DNA of 64,000 nucleotides from Vicinamibacteria bacterium (GTDB lineage: Bacteria > Acidobacteriota > Vicinamibacteria > Marinacidobacterales > Marinacidobacteraceae). Below, in pieces: positions 55,260 through 64,000 of the stretch. The stretch spans positions 224,001-288,000 of the forward strand of contig OY729431.1 of NCBI GenBank assembly GCA_963422395.1, given 5' to 3'. Each line of letters starts with the position of its first letter. Position 1 is the first letter of the stretch. A program made the translations under genes and the position numbers. The notes under the pieces were generated by a model. The model ran no database searches. It saw only the letters and a program-made list of their open reading frames with translations, and was not told the DNA's origin.

Positions 55260-56135
55260 TTGTGGCTCGGTGCGGCGTCGCCATCGGCGGCGGCCTCCCC
55301 TCCGCCGCCTTCCCGAGTGACCGTCGCCACCTGGAATATCGCCTGGTTCGGGGACGGAGTGAACGACGAGATTTTGGTCGGCAACCGGCGCGGCGGGCGC
55401 CATCTCCGGAACGCAGACGATCTGGCAGAGCTCCGGGGCATCGTCGGCCGCCTCACCGAACGGGGCGTGGAGATCGTCGGACTGCAAGAGATCGAGAATG
55501 CTGCCGCTGCCCGGCGGCTCTTCCCGGCGGACGGTTGGGACCTCTTCGTCTCGACCCGCGACACCGATCCGCAGTGGGCACAGCGGACCGCTCTCGCGGT
55601 GCGGCGGAGCGCCGGCTGGCGCGTCGAGCGGCATCCCGACATCGTGGAGTGGTCGCCGCTGGACCGCGACCGGTACGGCGTGGACCTCACGCTCTCCCGC
55701 GGGCAGGAGCGGTTGCGGGTGCTGGCCATCCACTTCCAGTCCGGCTGCAACCAGAAGCCGCTTGCCGCCGGCACGAGCGAGTGCGGGTTCTTGCGGATGC
55801 AGTTCGCGGTGCTCGAAGGCTGGATCTACGAGCGCATGGAGGAGGGGATCCCCGTGGTCATCGCCGGTGACTGGAATCGCACCCTCTCCCGGCCAGGCGA
55901 CGAAGCCGCTGCCGGGATTCCCCGAGACCCGCTCCTGCTGCCGCCCGCTGGAAGCTCCCCTTCCTGTTGGGGCGCCCGGTTTCCCAACTACATCGACCAC
56001 ATCGTCGCCTTCGCCCCTCCGGGCGGCAGGGCGTTGTCGCGCGGCTTCGAGGAAGTGCTCTACCAGGCGCCGCGCGCCCGCCGCGACGCCCTCTCGGACC
56101 ATTGCCCCATCGTGGCGGCCGTCGGCTTCGAGTGA
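55260..56135 (+). CDS. Endonuclease/exonuclease/phosphatase-family protein, probably exported
   Basis: VATWNIAW, GLQEIE, IAGDWN, IDHI, SDHCPI; start uncertain (TTG 55260 is the only standard start between the tRNA and the domain). Confidence 0.85.
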   Translation: MWLGAASPSAAASPPPPSRVTVATWNIAWFGDGVNDEILVGNRRGGRHLRNADDLAELRGIVGRLTERGVEIVGLQEIENAAAARRLFPADGWDLFVSTRDTDPQWAQRTALAVRRSAGWRVERHPDIVEWSPLDRDRYGVDLTLSRGQERLRVLAIHFQSGCNQKPLAAGTSECGFLRMQFAVLEGWIYERMEEGIPVVIAGDWNRTLSRPGDEAAAGIPRDPLLLPPAGSSPSCWGARFPNYIDHIVAFAPPGGRALSRGFEEVLYQAPRARRDALSDHCPIVAAVGFE

Positions 56136-56212
56136 GCCGAGGCGCCGGCGGCTGAAGTCTCCGGGTTTTCCGCCGTGGAGCTCTCTTCTCGGCTCCTTTA
56201 CACTGGCGGGTT

Positions 56213-59200
56213 CTGTCCCGACCGTCCCCCCCGTTTCGCCTTGAAGCCACGCTGACGCGGGCTGACTGTCTCCACTTCTGGGCGAAGGACGCTACCGCTC
56301 CTGCGGTTACCGCCTGGATCCACGAACGGATCGGAGATCGCGGCCCGGTTCTCTGGAAGCCGCCCGCTTCCGAATCCGGAAAAAACCGGGACCGCTCTCC
56401 CGGGCCGGGGCTGAGCCTCGGCCCGCTCGCGGCGGCCGCGCTGCTCGCCGCCACGGTTCCGCCGCCGGGAATCGCTGACGGCCGCACCGATTCGCTCCGC
56501 TTCTGGGCGCTGGCCTGCCGTTTCCTTTTCGGGCTCCTGGCTCGGGGCCGGTTCCATCCGGCGATCGGGCGCCGCGGCTTCGACGGCTCGTCGCTCTGGT
56601 GCGCGGACCTCGATTCCGGGCGCCGTGCATTGGACGCGCTATCGCTCGCCGCGCCGAAAAGGGCGATGGCCGGGCTCGATCCCGAAACCGCGATCTCCGC
56701 GTATCTCGTTCGTCTCGGGGATGCAGTGGTCCGGGACGCCGGGCGGAGGCTGGGATGGGCGCCGCGCCCCAGCGGATCTTCGGAGGACCGGCGGGATCTC
56801 CTCGGCGTGGTTCTCGACGACCTGTTCGCCGGATCTTCGGCGGGATTCGAAGATCAGGACGAGAGAAGCCTCCGCCGCGCGGGCAGGGCGGTCGGCGCTT
56901 CTCCCGGAGGGGCGCCGGCGGCGGTGGGGGCAGCGCGGCTCGTGTTCGCCCTCCAGCCGCCGGAGGAAAACGCCGCCTCGGGGCCGGAGGAGGCGGAGTC
57001 GGACAGCTGGCGCATCCGTTTCCTGCTCGCCGACCCGCGGTTCGAAGAACTCGGTGCCCGGGCGGTCGGGAATGGAAGCAGCCCCGTGAGCAGTGCGGGG
57101 GTTCGATCCATCGCCGAGGTGTGGAGCGCGGCCAGCGCCGCGGAGAACCTCCGGCGCTTCGGGATCGCCAATCCCGCCGTCCCGCTCCTCGAGGGACTCG
57201 GCCGGGCGGCGAAGGCCTGGCCGGTGCTCGAGCGCGGGCTGGCCGAGTCGACACCCGAGGAGATCGTCGTTTCGGTCACCGAGGCCTACGATTTTCTCCA
57301 CGAGGGGCAGGACGCGCTGGTGCGCGAGGGGTTCGAAGTCCGCATTCCGCCCTCGCTGGCCGGCCAGCGAAAACGGAAGCCGACGCTGCGGCTCACCGTG
57401 CGCCCGATCGACGATTCGCAGCGGCCGAGGGCAGATCACCGGTCGGCGGGCTCGGGAGACGCTGACGGCCGGTTCGTGAGCTCCGTCGGTCTCGATGCCC
57501 TCGTGGAGTACAGCTGGCAGGTGGAGATCGGGGATCGCTGCTGGTCCCTCGAAGAGTTTCGGCAGCTGACCCGCGGCAAGCGACAGCTCTTGCTCGCCGA
57601 CGAAGGCTGGGTGGCGCTGGATCGTGACTCGGTGGACCAGCTCTTCAGTGAAGCGGCGCGCCGACGGGCACGCACCGGGCGGTCGCCGTTGCTCCGTGAC
57701 GCCCTCCGGGAACGGCTCCGCCTTTCTCCGGCACCCGGTGCCCTGTTCGACGAGGAAGAGTCGCCGGTGCTCTCCCGGATCGAGGGCGAGGCGTGGATCG
57801 GCTCGCTGTTCCGCGCGCTCGAAGCGGCAGCTGAGGAACTCGGACCCCTCGATCCGCCGGCGGGGCTCCGAACCGAGCTGCGGCCCTACCAGCGGGTGGG
57901 CTACACCTGGCTGCGGTTGTTGGCCGATCACCGCCTCGGCGGCTGTCTCGCGGACGACATGGGTCTCGGCAAGACCTGCCAGGCGCTCACCTTCCTGCTC
58001 GGGGAACAGGAGGCCGGTCGGCTCACCCGCCCCTGGCTGCTCGTCTGCCCCAACTCGATCGTCGCCAACTGGCGCAAGGAGGCCGAACGCTTCGCCCCCT
58101 CGCTCCGTCTGCATGTGCGGCAGGGAGCTGGGCGTTCCCGGGGCGCGGATTTCCGGAAAGCGCTCGAGGAGAGTGATCTCGTGGTGTGTTCCTTTGGAAT
58201 CGTCCACCGCGATCTCGACGAGCTGGGAGAAATTCGTTGGGGCGGGCTGATCGTGGATGAGGCGCAGAACCTCAAGAACTCGGGGGCCAAACAGACCCGC
58301 GCCGTGCGCCGCCTCGAGGCGCCCATCCGCTTCGCCCTCACCGGAACGCCGCTCGAAAACCGACTCACCGACCTGTGGTCCATCATGGAAGTCCTCAATC
58401 CGGGATTCCTGGGGTCGGAGCGGACCTTCCGGCGAACCTTCACCGCGGCGGTAGAAGGCGCTCGGGATCAGGACGCCACGGCCCAGCTCCGCCGGCTGGT
58501 GCGGCCTTTCGTGCTGCGCCGCCTCAAGACCGATCCGAAGGTGATCCAGGATCTTCCGGCGAAACACCAGGCCCGGGTGTACTGCAACCTCACCCCGGAG
58601 CAGGCGGCGCTCTACCGGGTCGCCGTGGACCGCTGTCTCGAGCGCATCGGGCGCGACACCGGCTTCGCCCGCCGCGGCGAAATCCTGCGCACGCTGACCC
58701 GCCTCAAACAGATCTGCAACCACCCCGAGAACTTCCTCGGCGCCGGCGGCGCGCTGGCCGGCCGCTCCGGCAAGCTCACCCGGCTCGTCGAAATCCTCAC
58801 CGAAGTGCTCCAGCAGGGCGAGCGGGCGCTCGTATTCACGCAGTTCGCGGAGATGGCGAAGCTGCTCGGCCCCTATCTCTCGGAGCTTCTCTCGGTCGAG
58901 ATCCCGGTACTCCACGGCGGAGTCGCGATCTCGGCACGGGACGAGATCGTGACCCGTTTCCAGGAGGCGCCCGACCCGCCTCCGGTGTTGGTTCTGTCCC
59001 TCCGGACCGGCGGTTACGGTCTGAATCTCACCCGGGCCAGCCATGTCGTCCACTACGATCGATGGTGGAACCCGGCAGTGGAAAATCAGGCGACCGACCG
59101 AGTGTTCCGCATCGGCCAGCGCCAGCGGGTGCTGGTCCACAAGTTCCTGTGTACGGGAACCCTCGAAGAACGAATCGCCGACCTCCTGGAGCGCAAGTCG

Positions 59201-59308
59201 GCGCTCGCCGAGTCGGTCGTCGGCAACGGAGAGAGCTGGCTGACCTCGCTTTCGGGCGCGACCCTTCAGGACCTGCTGGCGCTGGCCCCCGAGGCGGTCG
59301 CCGAATGA
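56213..59308 (+). CDS. SNF2-family helicase/translocase (DUF3670-type); start probably upstream of the called 56630
   Basis: LRPYQ, LADDMGLGKT, IVDEAQNLKN, TGTPLENRL, GYGLNLTRA, DRWWNPAVENQATDRVFRIGQ; the upstream in-frame segment LHFWA...DSLRFWALACRFLFGLLARGRFHP looks coding. Confidence 0.9.
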   Translation: MSRPSPPFRLEATLTRADCLHFWAKDATAPAVTAWIHERIGDRGPVLWKPPASESGKNRDRSPGPGLSLGPLAAAALLAATVPPPGIADGRTDSLRFWALACRFLFGLLARGRFHPAIGRRGFDGSSLWCADLDSGRRALDALSLAAPKRAMAGLDPETAISAYLVRLGDAVVRDAGRRLGWAPRPSGSSEDRRDLLGVVLDDLFAGSSAGFEDQDERSLRRAGRAVGASPGGAPAAVGAARLVFALQPPEENAASGPEEAESDSWRIRFLLADPRFEELGARAVGNGSSPVSSAGVRSIAEVWSAASAAENLRRFGIANPAVPLLEGLGRAAKAWPVLERGLAESTPEEIVVSVTEAYDFLHEGQDALVREGFEVRIPPSLAGQRKRKPTLRLTVRPIDDSQRPRADHRSAGSGDADGRFVSSVGLDALVEYSWQVEIGDRCWSLEEFRQLTRGKRQLLLADEGWVALDRDSVDQLFSEAARRRARTGRSPLLRDALRERLRLSPAPGALFDEEESPVLSRIEGEAWIGSLFRALEAAAEELGPLDPPAGLRTELRPYQRVGYTWLRLLADHRLGGCLADDMGLGKTCQALTFLLGEQEAGRLTRPWLLVCPNSIVANWRKEAERFAPSLRLHVRQGAGRSRGADFRKALEESDLVVCSFGIVHRDLDELGEIRWGGLIVDEAQNLKNSGAKQTRAVRRLEAPIRFALTGTPLENRLTDLWSIMEVLNPGFLGSERTFRRTFTAAVEGARDQDATAQLRRLVRPFVLRRLKTDPKVIQDLPAKHQARVYCNLTPEQAALYRVAVDRCLERIGRDTGFARRGEILRTLTRLKQICNHPENFLGAGGALAGRSGKLTRLVEILTEVLQQGERALVFTQFAEMAKLLGPYLSELLSVEIPVLHGGVAISARDEIVTRFQEAPDPPPVLVLSLRTGGYGLNLTRASHVVHYDRWWNPAVENQATDRVFRIGQRQRVLVHKFLCTGTLEERIADLLERKSALAESVVGNGESWLTSLSGATLQDLLALAPEAVAE

Positions 59309-60132
59309 AAGAAGATGCGCTCCCGTGGTGGGCGGCTGATTTCCTGCGCGCGGCCGGAGCCGGCCCGGAGAACGGCACGCGCGGCCTCGCGCGCGGCTCG
59401 GTCACCATCGTTCCCGGGGAGGCGACCGCGCTCGTCGAGGGGCGGGGGTTCCGGCCGAACCGGGTGCGTTTGCGGACGAGCACCTTCGATTGCCGGAAGT
59501 GGGATGCCTTTTTCGACCTGTTCGCCGGACAGGCTCTCTATCCGGCGGCGCTCCTGGCCGGCTACCTGCCCCGTTCGGCCAAGTCGGATCTCGCCCGACT
59601 CGGAGTGCGCCTCGTCCCCTCGGCGAGTCGTCTCTCGAGGGAGCCCGAGGCCTGTCCGCGGGACGCCGCGAATACGGCCATCCGGCTGATCGCGGAGCGG
59701 TTCGCTGAGGATCCGTTCCATCTCCTCCACTTTCGGGGTGCCGACCGCCCCACCGTTTTCGCCGAAATCGCCCGGCACTGGAATGCGGCTGGCGGCGAGA
59801 GCGGACCCGCGATCGCGCTGGATGAACTCGAGGAGATCCTCGATCGGCCCCCCGGCGCCGCGGACGGCGGGTCGCTCCTTCCCCAGGTGCAGCGCGCTGA
59901 GGCGTTCCGGGACGATCCGATCCTGCGTGCGAACCTCGCACGCCTCTACATGAAGGTCGCCGAACGGACTGCGGCGATCAAGTTGCGGCGCGCCCCGGGT
60001 CCGGCAGAGCACCAGCCCGAAGAGCGCCAGAACGCGGCCCTCCCGCGGGAGCATCGACCGGAAGCGGTTCACTCGTCGTCCCATTCCCATCGTTCGGCGT
60101 TTCGAATAGCGTCCCGCCGGGCCAGGAAGTAG
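59305..60132 (+). CDS. SNF2-associated SWIM-family (COG4279-like) protein lacking zinc ligands
   Basis: ATGA overlap with SNF2; WW start, PGEATALVEG, AALLAGYLP and AERFAEDPFHLLHFRG match the family pattern, but CxC..CxH is absent. Confidence 0.7.
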   Translation: MKEDALPWWAADFLRAAGAGPENGTRGLARGSVTIVPGEATALVEGRGFRPNRVRLRTSTFDCRKWDAFFDLFAGQALYPAALLAGYLPRSAKSDLARLGVRLVPSASRLSREPEACPRDAANTAIRLIAERFAEDPFHLLHFRGADRPTVFAEIARHWNAAGGESGPAIALDELEEILDRPPGAADGGSLLPQVQRAEAFRDDPILRANLARLYMKVAERTAAIKLRRAPGPAEHQPEERQNAALPREHRPEAVHSSSHSHRSAFRIASRRARK

Positions 60133-61001
60133 GCGAGCCCGAGACAGATCCCGAAGAAAAGCCCGATTCCGTGCGCCCGATAGCTCACCTCGGGCCGGAT
60201 GGAGGTGGGAACCAGCACCACGAGAAAAAACCCCACCACCCGCACGATCCGCTTCCCCAGCGAAAGTCGCCGCTCCACCAGCACATACAGAGTGAGCCAG
60301 CTGCCGGCGAGCAGGTACAGCAGCCCGGACGCGCCCACCACCCGGATGTTGGGCGGATATCCCTCGAGGGTCACCGCGAGCGACAGCGCCGCCGCGGGAA
60401 TCGCGGCCCAAGGGTAGAGGCTCTGCCCGAACGCTCCAAAGGAAAGATAGATGAGCCAGGTCAGGAACACCGCGTTCGAGAGCAGGTGGATCGCATCTGC
60501 ATGGGCGGCCATCGAGGTCAGGAGCCGCCAGGTCTCGCCCCGCGCGAAGACCGTATCGCCGCTCGCCGGAAGCGCCTCGGCGAGGCCCGGCGGCCCCCAC
60601 CAATAGAGAGTGCTGACCGCGAGGATCACTCCGAGCGTCCACCCGACCGCGAGGGCCGCACTCCGCCCAGGCTTGCGCGAAAGCAGCGTCGAGACGACCG
60701 CCGGTTCGGAAAACCGGACCTCCGACCGTTCCCCGGGCCCCCCGAAGGCGCGCCGCAGTTCTCCAGCCTGTGGATACTCCCCGTCCTCTTCTTCTTCCGC
60801 TGAGAGGAAATCACTTTCCGATTCGATGTTGAACATCGTCTCGAACGAGTCGGCGCGCTCTCCCGAGTCCGGCTCCGCTTCTTCGACCACGGGCCCGTCT
60901 TCGTCGGGTTCCCCGCCGTTCCCGATCCAGTCCGCGGCGGTCGAGAGCCTCGAGGGCTGCCCCCGCAGGCCGCCGGGCTTCTTCCTGCGCCAGCGAATCA
61001 C
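60069..61001 (-). CDS. Rhomboid intramembrane serine protease with an acidic N-terminal extension
   Basis: [31 protein letters not shown]; start uncertain. Confidence 0.85.
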   Translation of the reverse strand: MIRWRRKKPGGLRGQPSRLSTAADWIGNGGEPDEDGPVVEEAEPDSGERADSFETMFNIESESDFLSAEEEEDGEYPQAGELRRAFGGPGERSEVRFSEPAVVSTLLSRKPGRSAALAVGWTLGVILAVSTLYWWGPPGLAEALPASGDTVFARGETWRLLTSMAAHADAIHLLSNAVFLTWLIYLSFGAFGQSLYPWAAIPAAALSLAVTLEGYPPNIRVVGASGLLYLLAGSWLTLYVLVERRLSLGKRIVRVVGFFLVVLVPTSIRPEVSYRAHGIGLFFGICLGLAYFLARRDAIRNAERWEWDDE

Positions 61002-61061
61002 GACCCGAGTATTCTCCCGCGCCCCGGCGGCTCCGCTTTCGCCGTGTTCCAGGCTTCCGTC

Positions 61062-62276
61062 ATGCCGAACTGCATCGCTCTCGCCTATTCCGGAGGCTTG
61101 GACACCTCCTGCGCGATTCCCTGGCTGAAAGAGCGATACGGTGCCGAGGTCCTCGCCGTGGTCGCCGATGTGGGCCAGAACGAAGACCTCGAGGCCGCCT
61201 CGCAAAAGGCCCTCGCCTCCGGGGCTTCGGCGGTCTTCGTCGAGGACCTCCGGGAAGAGTTCGTCGGCAGCTATGTCTTTCCGGCAGTGCGCGCCGGAGC
61301 GGTGTACGAGGGCCGATACCTGCTCGGCACTTCGCTGGCTCGGCCGGTGATCGCCAAGAGGCAGGTCGAAATCGCCCGGCGCGAGGGCGCCGACGCGGTG
61401 GCCCACGGCTGCACCGGGAAGGGGAACGACCAGGTTCGCTTCGAACTCGCGTTCCACGCGCTCGCTCCCGACCTGGAGATCATCGCCCCCTGGCGTCTTT
61501 GGGACATCCGCTCTCGCGAAGATGCCCTCGCCTACGCGATGAGCCGCGGAGTGCCGGTGGAGCAGAAGACCGGAGACCTCTACAGCCGCGATCAGAACCT
61601 CTTCCATCTGAGCCATGAGGGCGAAGACCTCGAAGATCCCTGGAATCCGCCCCCGGCAGACCTCTTCCGCATCACGAAGGACCCGGGTGCGGCGGCCGCC
61701 CCGGCCGCCGAGACCGTCGAAGTCTCCTTCGAGGCGGGGATCCCGGCGGCAGTGAACGGCGAGGCGCTTTCGCCGGCGGCGCTGCTCACCCGGCTGAATG
61801 AAGCCGGCGCCCGGCACGGGGTGGGGCGGATCGATATCGTCGAGAACCGCCTGGTGGGGATGAAGTCCCGCGGCGTGTACGAAACTCCCGGCGGAACCGT
61901 CCTGCACGAGGCGCGCGCCGCGCTGCAGAGCCTCTGCCTCGACCGCGCGACCGACCACTTCGCCGCCGCCTGCTCGCTCCGCTACGCCGAACTCGTGTAC
62001 GACGGAAAATGGTTCTCGGCGCTCCGCGAGGCGCTCGACGGCTTCTTCGCCGAAGCCCACCGCAATACCACCGGGACCGTCCGCGTCCGGCTGTTTCGCG
62101 GCGTTGCGCAGGCGGTGGGACGGAAGAGCCCGAAGAGCCTCTATCGGGAGGACTTCGCCACCTTCGGCGCCGACGAGGTGTACCGGCAGGCGGACGCCGA
62201 GGGTTTCATTCGCCTCTTCGGCCTCCCCGAGCGCATCCGGCGCCTCTCCTCCCCGGACCCGCCGGAGGAAACATGA
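61062..62276 (+). CDS. argG: Argininosuccinate synthase
   Basis: [41 protein letters not shown]. Confidence 0.97.
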   Translation: MPNCIALAYSGGLDTSCAIPWLKERYGAEVLAVVADVGQNEDLEAASQKALASGASAVFVEDLREEFVGSYVFPAVRAGAVYEGRYLLGTSLARPVIAKRQVEIARREGADAVAHGCTGKGNDQVRFELAFHALAPDLEIIAPWRLWDIRSREDALAYAMSRGVPVEQKTGDLYSRDQNLFHLSHEGEDLEDPWNPPPADLFRITKDPGAAAAPAAETVEVSFEAGIPAAVNGEALSPAALLTRLNEAGARHGVGRIDIVENRLVGMKSRGVYETPGGTVLHEARAALQSLCLDRATDHFAAACSLRYAELVYDGKWFSALREALDGFFAEAHRNTTGTVRVRLFRGVAQAVGRKSPKSLYREDFATFGADEVYRQADAEGFIRLFGLPERIRRLSSPDPPEET

Positions 62277-63631
62277 AGCTTTGGGGGGGGCGCTTCTCCG
62301 CTCCGCCCGCAGAGGCGCTCGACCGGCTGGGGAAGTCGGTCTCCTTCGATCGGCGGCTCTACGCGGAGGAGATCCGGGTCAACCAGGCGTACGCCCGCGC
62401 TCTCGCCGGCGCCGGAGTGCTCGCCGGCGCCGAACGGGATCGGATCCTCGCGGGCCTCGATCGTGTGAGAGAAGCGCTCGCCGCGGATCCGCCGCCGCCG
62501 CTGGACGACGAGGACATCCACACCGCGGTGGAGCGGCTGCTCTTCGCGGAGATCGGCGATCTGGCCCGCAAGCTCCCCGCCGGCCGGAGCCGCAACGACC
62601 TGTCGCAGACCGGGTTCCGCTTGTATCTCCAGGAGGCCGCGGTCTCGCTGGCGGCGGCGCTCGACCTTCTCCGGCAGGCACTTTTCACCCGTGCCGAAGA
62701 GAGCGCGGCGGTGCTCGTTCCCGGCTATACCCACCTGCAACGCGCCCAGCCGGTGGTGTTCGGACACCTCCTGCTCGCCCACTTCTGGGCGTTCACCCGC
62801 GACCGCGACCGCCTCGCCGCCGCCAGGCAGCGGGCGGGGGCATCGCCGATGGGCGCCGGCGCTCTCGCCGGAAATCCGTATCCGGTAGATCGGCAGGCCA
62901 TCGCCGACGAGCTGGGATTTTCCGAAGTTCTCGAAAACAGTGTGGATGCAGTGGGTGCTCGCGACTATGCGATGGAGTTCCTCGCCGCCGGCGCCATCCT
63001 CGGAGTACACCTCTCCCGGCTCGCCGAGGACCTGGTCCTCTGGTCCTCCGCGGAGTTCGGCTTCGTGCGCCTCCACGACAGTTTTTCCACCGGGTCGAGT
63101 CTGATGCCCCAGAAGCGCAACCCCGACGGGTTCGAGCTGATCCGGGGGAAGGCTGGCCGCCTGACGGGCAATCTCGTCGCCCTTCTCACCGTCGGCAAGG
63201 GCCTCGCCTCCGGCTACCAGCGCGACCTCCAGGAGGACAAGGAGCCCTGTTTCGACACCGTGGACACCCTCGAGTTGACGATTCCGGCGGCAGCCGGTGC
63301 GATCTCCACCCTGCAGTTTCGAGAAGACGCCATGCGCGCCGCGCTCTCCTGGGATCTGCTCGCGACCGATCTCGCCGAGTACCTCGTGGAGCGCAGCGTC
63401 TCCTTTCGCGATGCCCATCGGGTCGCCGGCGAAATCTTCGCCCACTGCGAGCGGGAGTCCGTCGAGCCGCCCGATCTCGACCTCGCTGCCCTGCGGGCCT
63501 TCTCCCCGGCCTTCGATGACCAAGTGGAGAAGATCTGGGATTACTCGGCTTCGGTCGCGCGGCGGAGCGCCCGGGGCGGGACCGGTGCGGTCCGCGCGCA
63601 ACTGGAGATCGCGCGCAGCACGCTCTGCTGA
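62273..63631 (+). CDS. argH: Argininosuccinate lyase
   Basis: [38 protein letters not shown]; ATGA overlap with argG. Confidence 0.96.
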   Translation: MKLWGGRFSAPPAEALDRLGKSVSFDRRLYAEEIRVNQAYARALAGAGVLAGAERDRILAGLDRVREALAADPPPPLDDEDIHTAVERLLFAEIGDLARKLPAGRSRNDLSQTGFRLYLQEAAVSLAAALDLLRQALFTRAEESAAVLVPGYTHLQRAQPVVFGHLLLAHFWAFTRDRDRLAAARQRAGASPMGAGALAGNPYPVDRQAIADELGFSEVLENSVDAVGARDYAMEFLAAGAILGVHLSRLAEDLVLWSSAEFGFVRLHDSFSTGSSLMPQKRNPDGFELIRGKAGRLTGNLVALLTVGKGLASGYQRDLQEDKEPCFDTVDTLELTIPAAAGAISTLQFREDAMRAALSWDLLATDLAEYLVERSVSFRDAHRVAGEIFAHCERESVEPPDLDLAALRAFSPAFDDQVEKIWDYSASVARRSARGGTGAVRAQLEIARSTLC

Positions 63632-63691
63632 CCGCATTCGCGAAGTCATGCCGAAAGCGTCGGGATGCCCCGCGACACCCGGGGGGAAGGC

Positions 63692-64000
63692 TTATCGAAC
63701 CCCGATCGCGGAGAGCGCGGCCTCGAAGCGCCGGCTGGCGGCGTCGTCCTCGAGAAACCGGATGAGTCCGCGCCGCAGCACCCGTTCGGCGTCGGGAAAG
63801 CTGCCTCCTTCCCGGAAGACTCGGGCGAGCAGCAGATGGCGTTCCGGTTCCGCGGGAAACTCGATGAGGAATCGCTGGGCGCCCCGGAGCGCGAGTCCGA
63901 TGTCGCCGTTCGAGAGCGCGTGGTTCACGAACACCTGGACCCGCGAGAAGTCGTCCGGCCGATGTTCCGCCTCGCCGAGAAGCCGCCCCGACTCGTTCGA
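63692..64000 (-). CDS. 3' end of a protein with a TPR-like C-terminus (partial)
   Basis: Frame open from the window edge to TAA at 63692; PAEPERHLLLARVFREGGSFPDAERVLRRGL. Confidence 0.65.
   Translation of the reverse strand, partial: SNESGRLLGEAEHRPDDFSRVQVFVNHALSNGDIGLALRGAQRFLIEFPAEPERHLLLARVFREGGSFPDAERVLRRGLIRFLEDDAASRRFEAALSAIGVR

Noticed and set aside
1-64000. CRISPR array, rRNA, prophage or full-length transposase
   Set aside because: No regularly spaced direct repeats, rRNA-like sequence, phage structural genes, or DDE/integrase motifs were seen by eye.

Overview
A very GC-rich bacterial chromosomal segment. The gene mix (VPS10-type propeller, DUF5916 outer-membrane protein, PQQ dehydrogenase with cytochrome c, secreted ankyrin protein) suggests an Acidobacteriota-like, possibly host-associated organism, but that is inference. 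The backbone is metabolic: hutHUFI histidine utilisation, a Tat subunit plus GMC oxidoreductase, a BtuFCD-like ABC importer, phoD, an S9 peptidase, an Nramp transporter, two phytoene-dehydrogenase-like flavoproteins, a PQQ/cytochrome c operon, a GcvT-like protein and a Rieske oxygenase, tadA with tRNA-Ser(CGA), an SNF2 helicase with a SWIM-like partner, a rhomboid protease and argGH. Three small conflict/defence islets interrupt it. (1) 1.6-5.9 kb: an MqsR-like toxin, an MqsA-like antitoxin and a KGGVGR ParA-like ATPase-TPR gene in one apparent operon, back-to-back with a decayed hipBA. (2) 22.6-30.0 kb: an ABC ATPase plus TOPRIM-like pair and an Hhe-type DUF4011 helicase-nuclease. (3) 45.0-48.5 kb: an atypical Fic protein, HTH-ImmA/IrrE, a DUF4411 PIN protein and a probable restriction-modification remnant. 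The best candidate for an undescribed system is the toxin-antitoxin-ATPase/TPR triad. Two short CTAG-flanked inverted-repeat elements (MITE-like) and a probable CTG-initiated leaderless SNF2 gene were also found. All family calls come from motif recognition by eye; no database searches were run.
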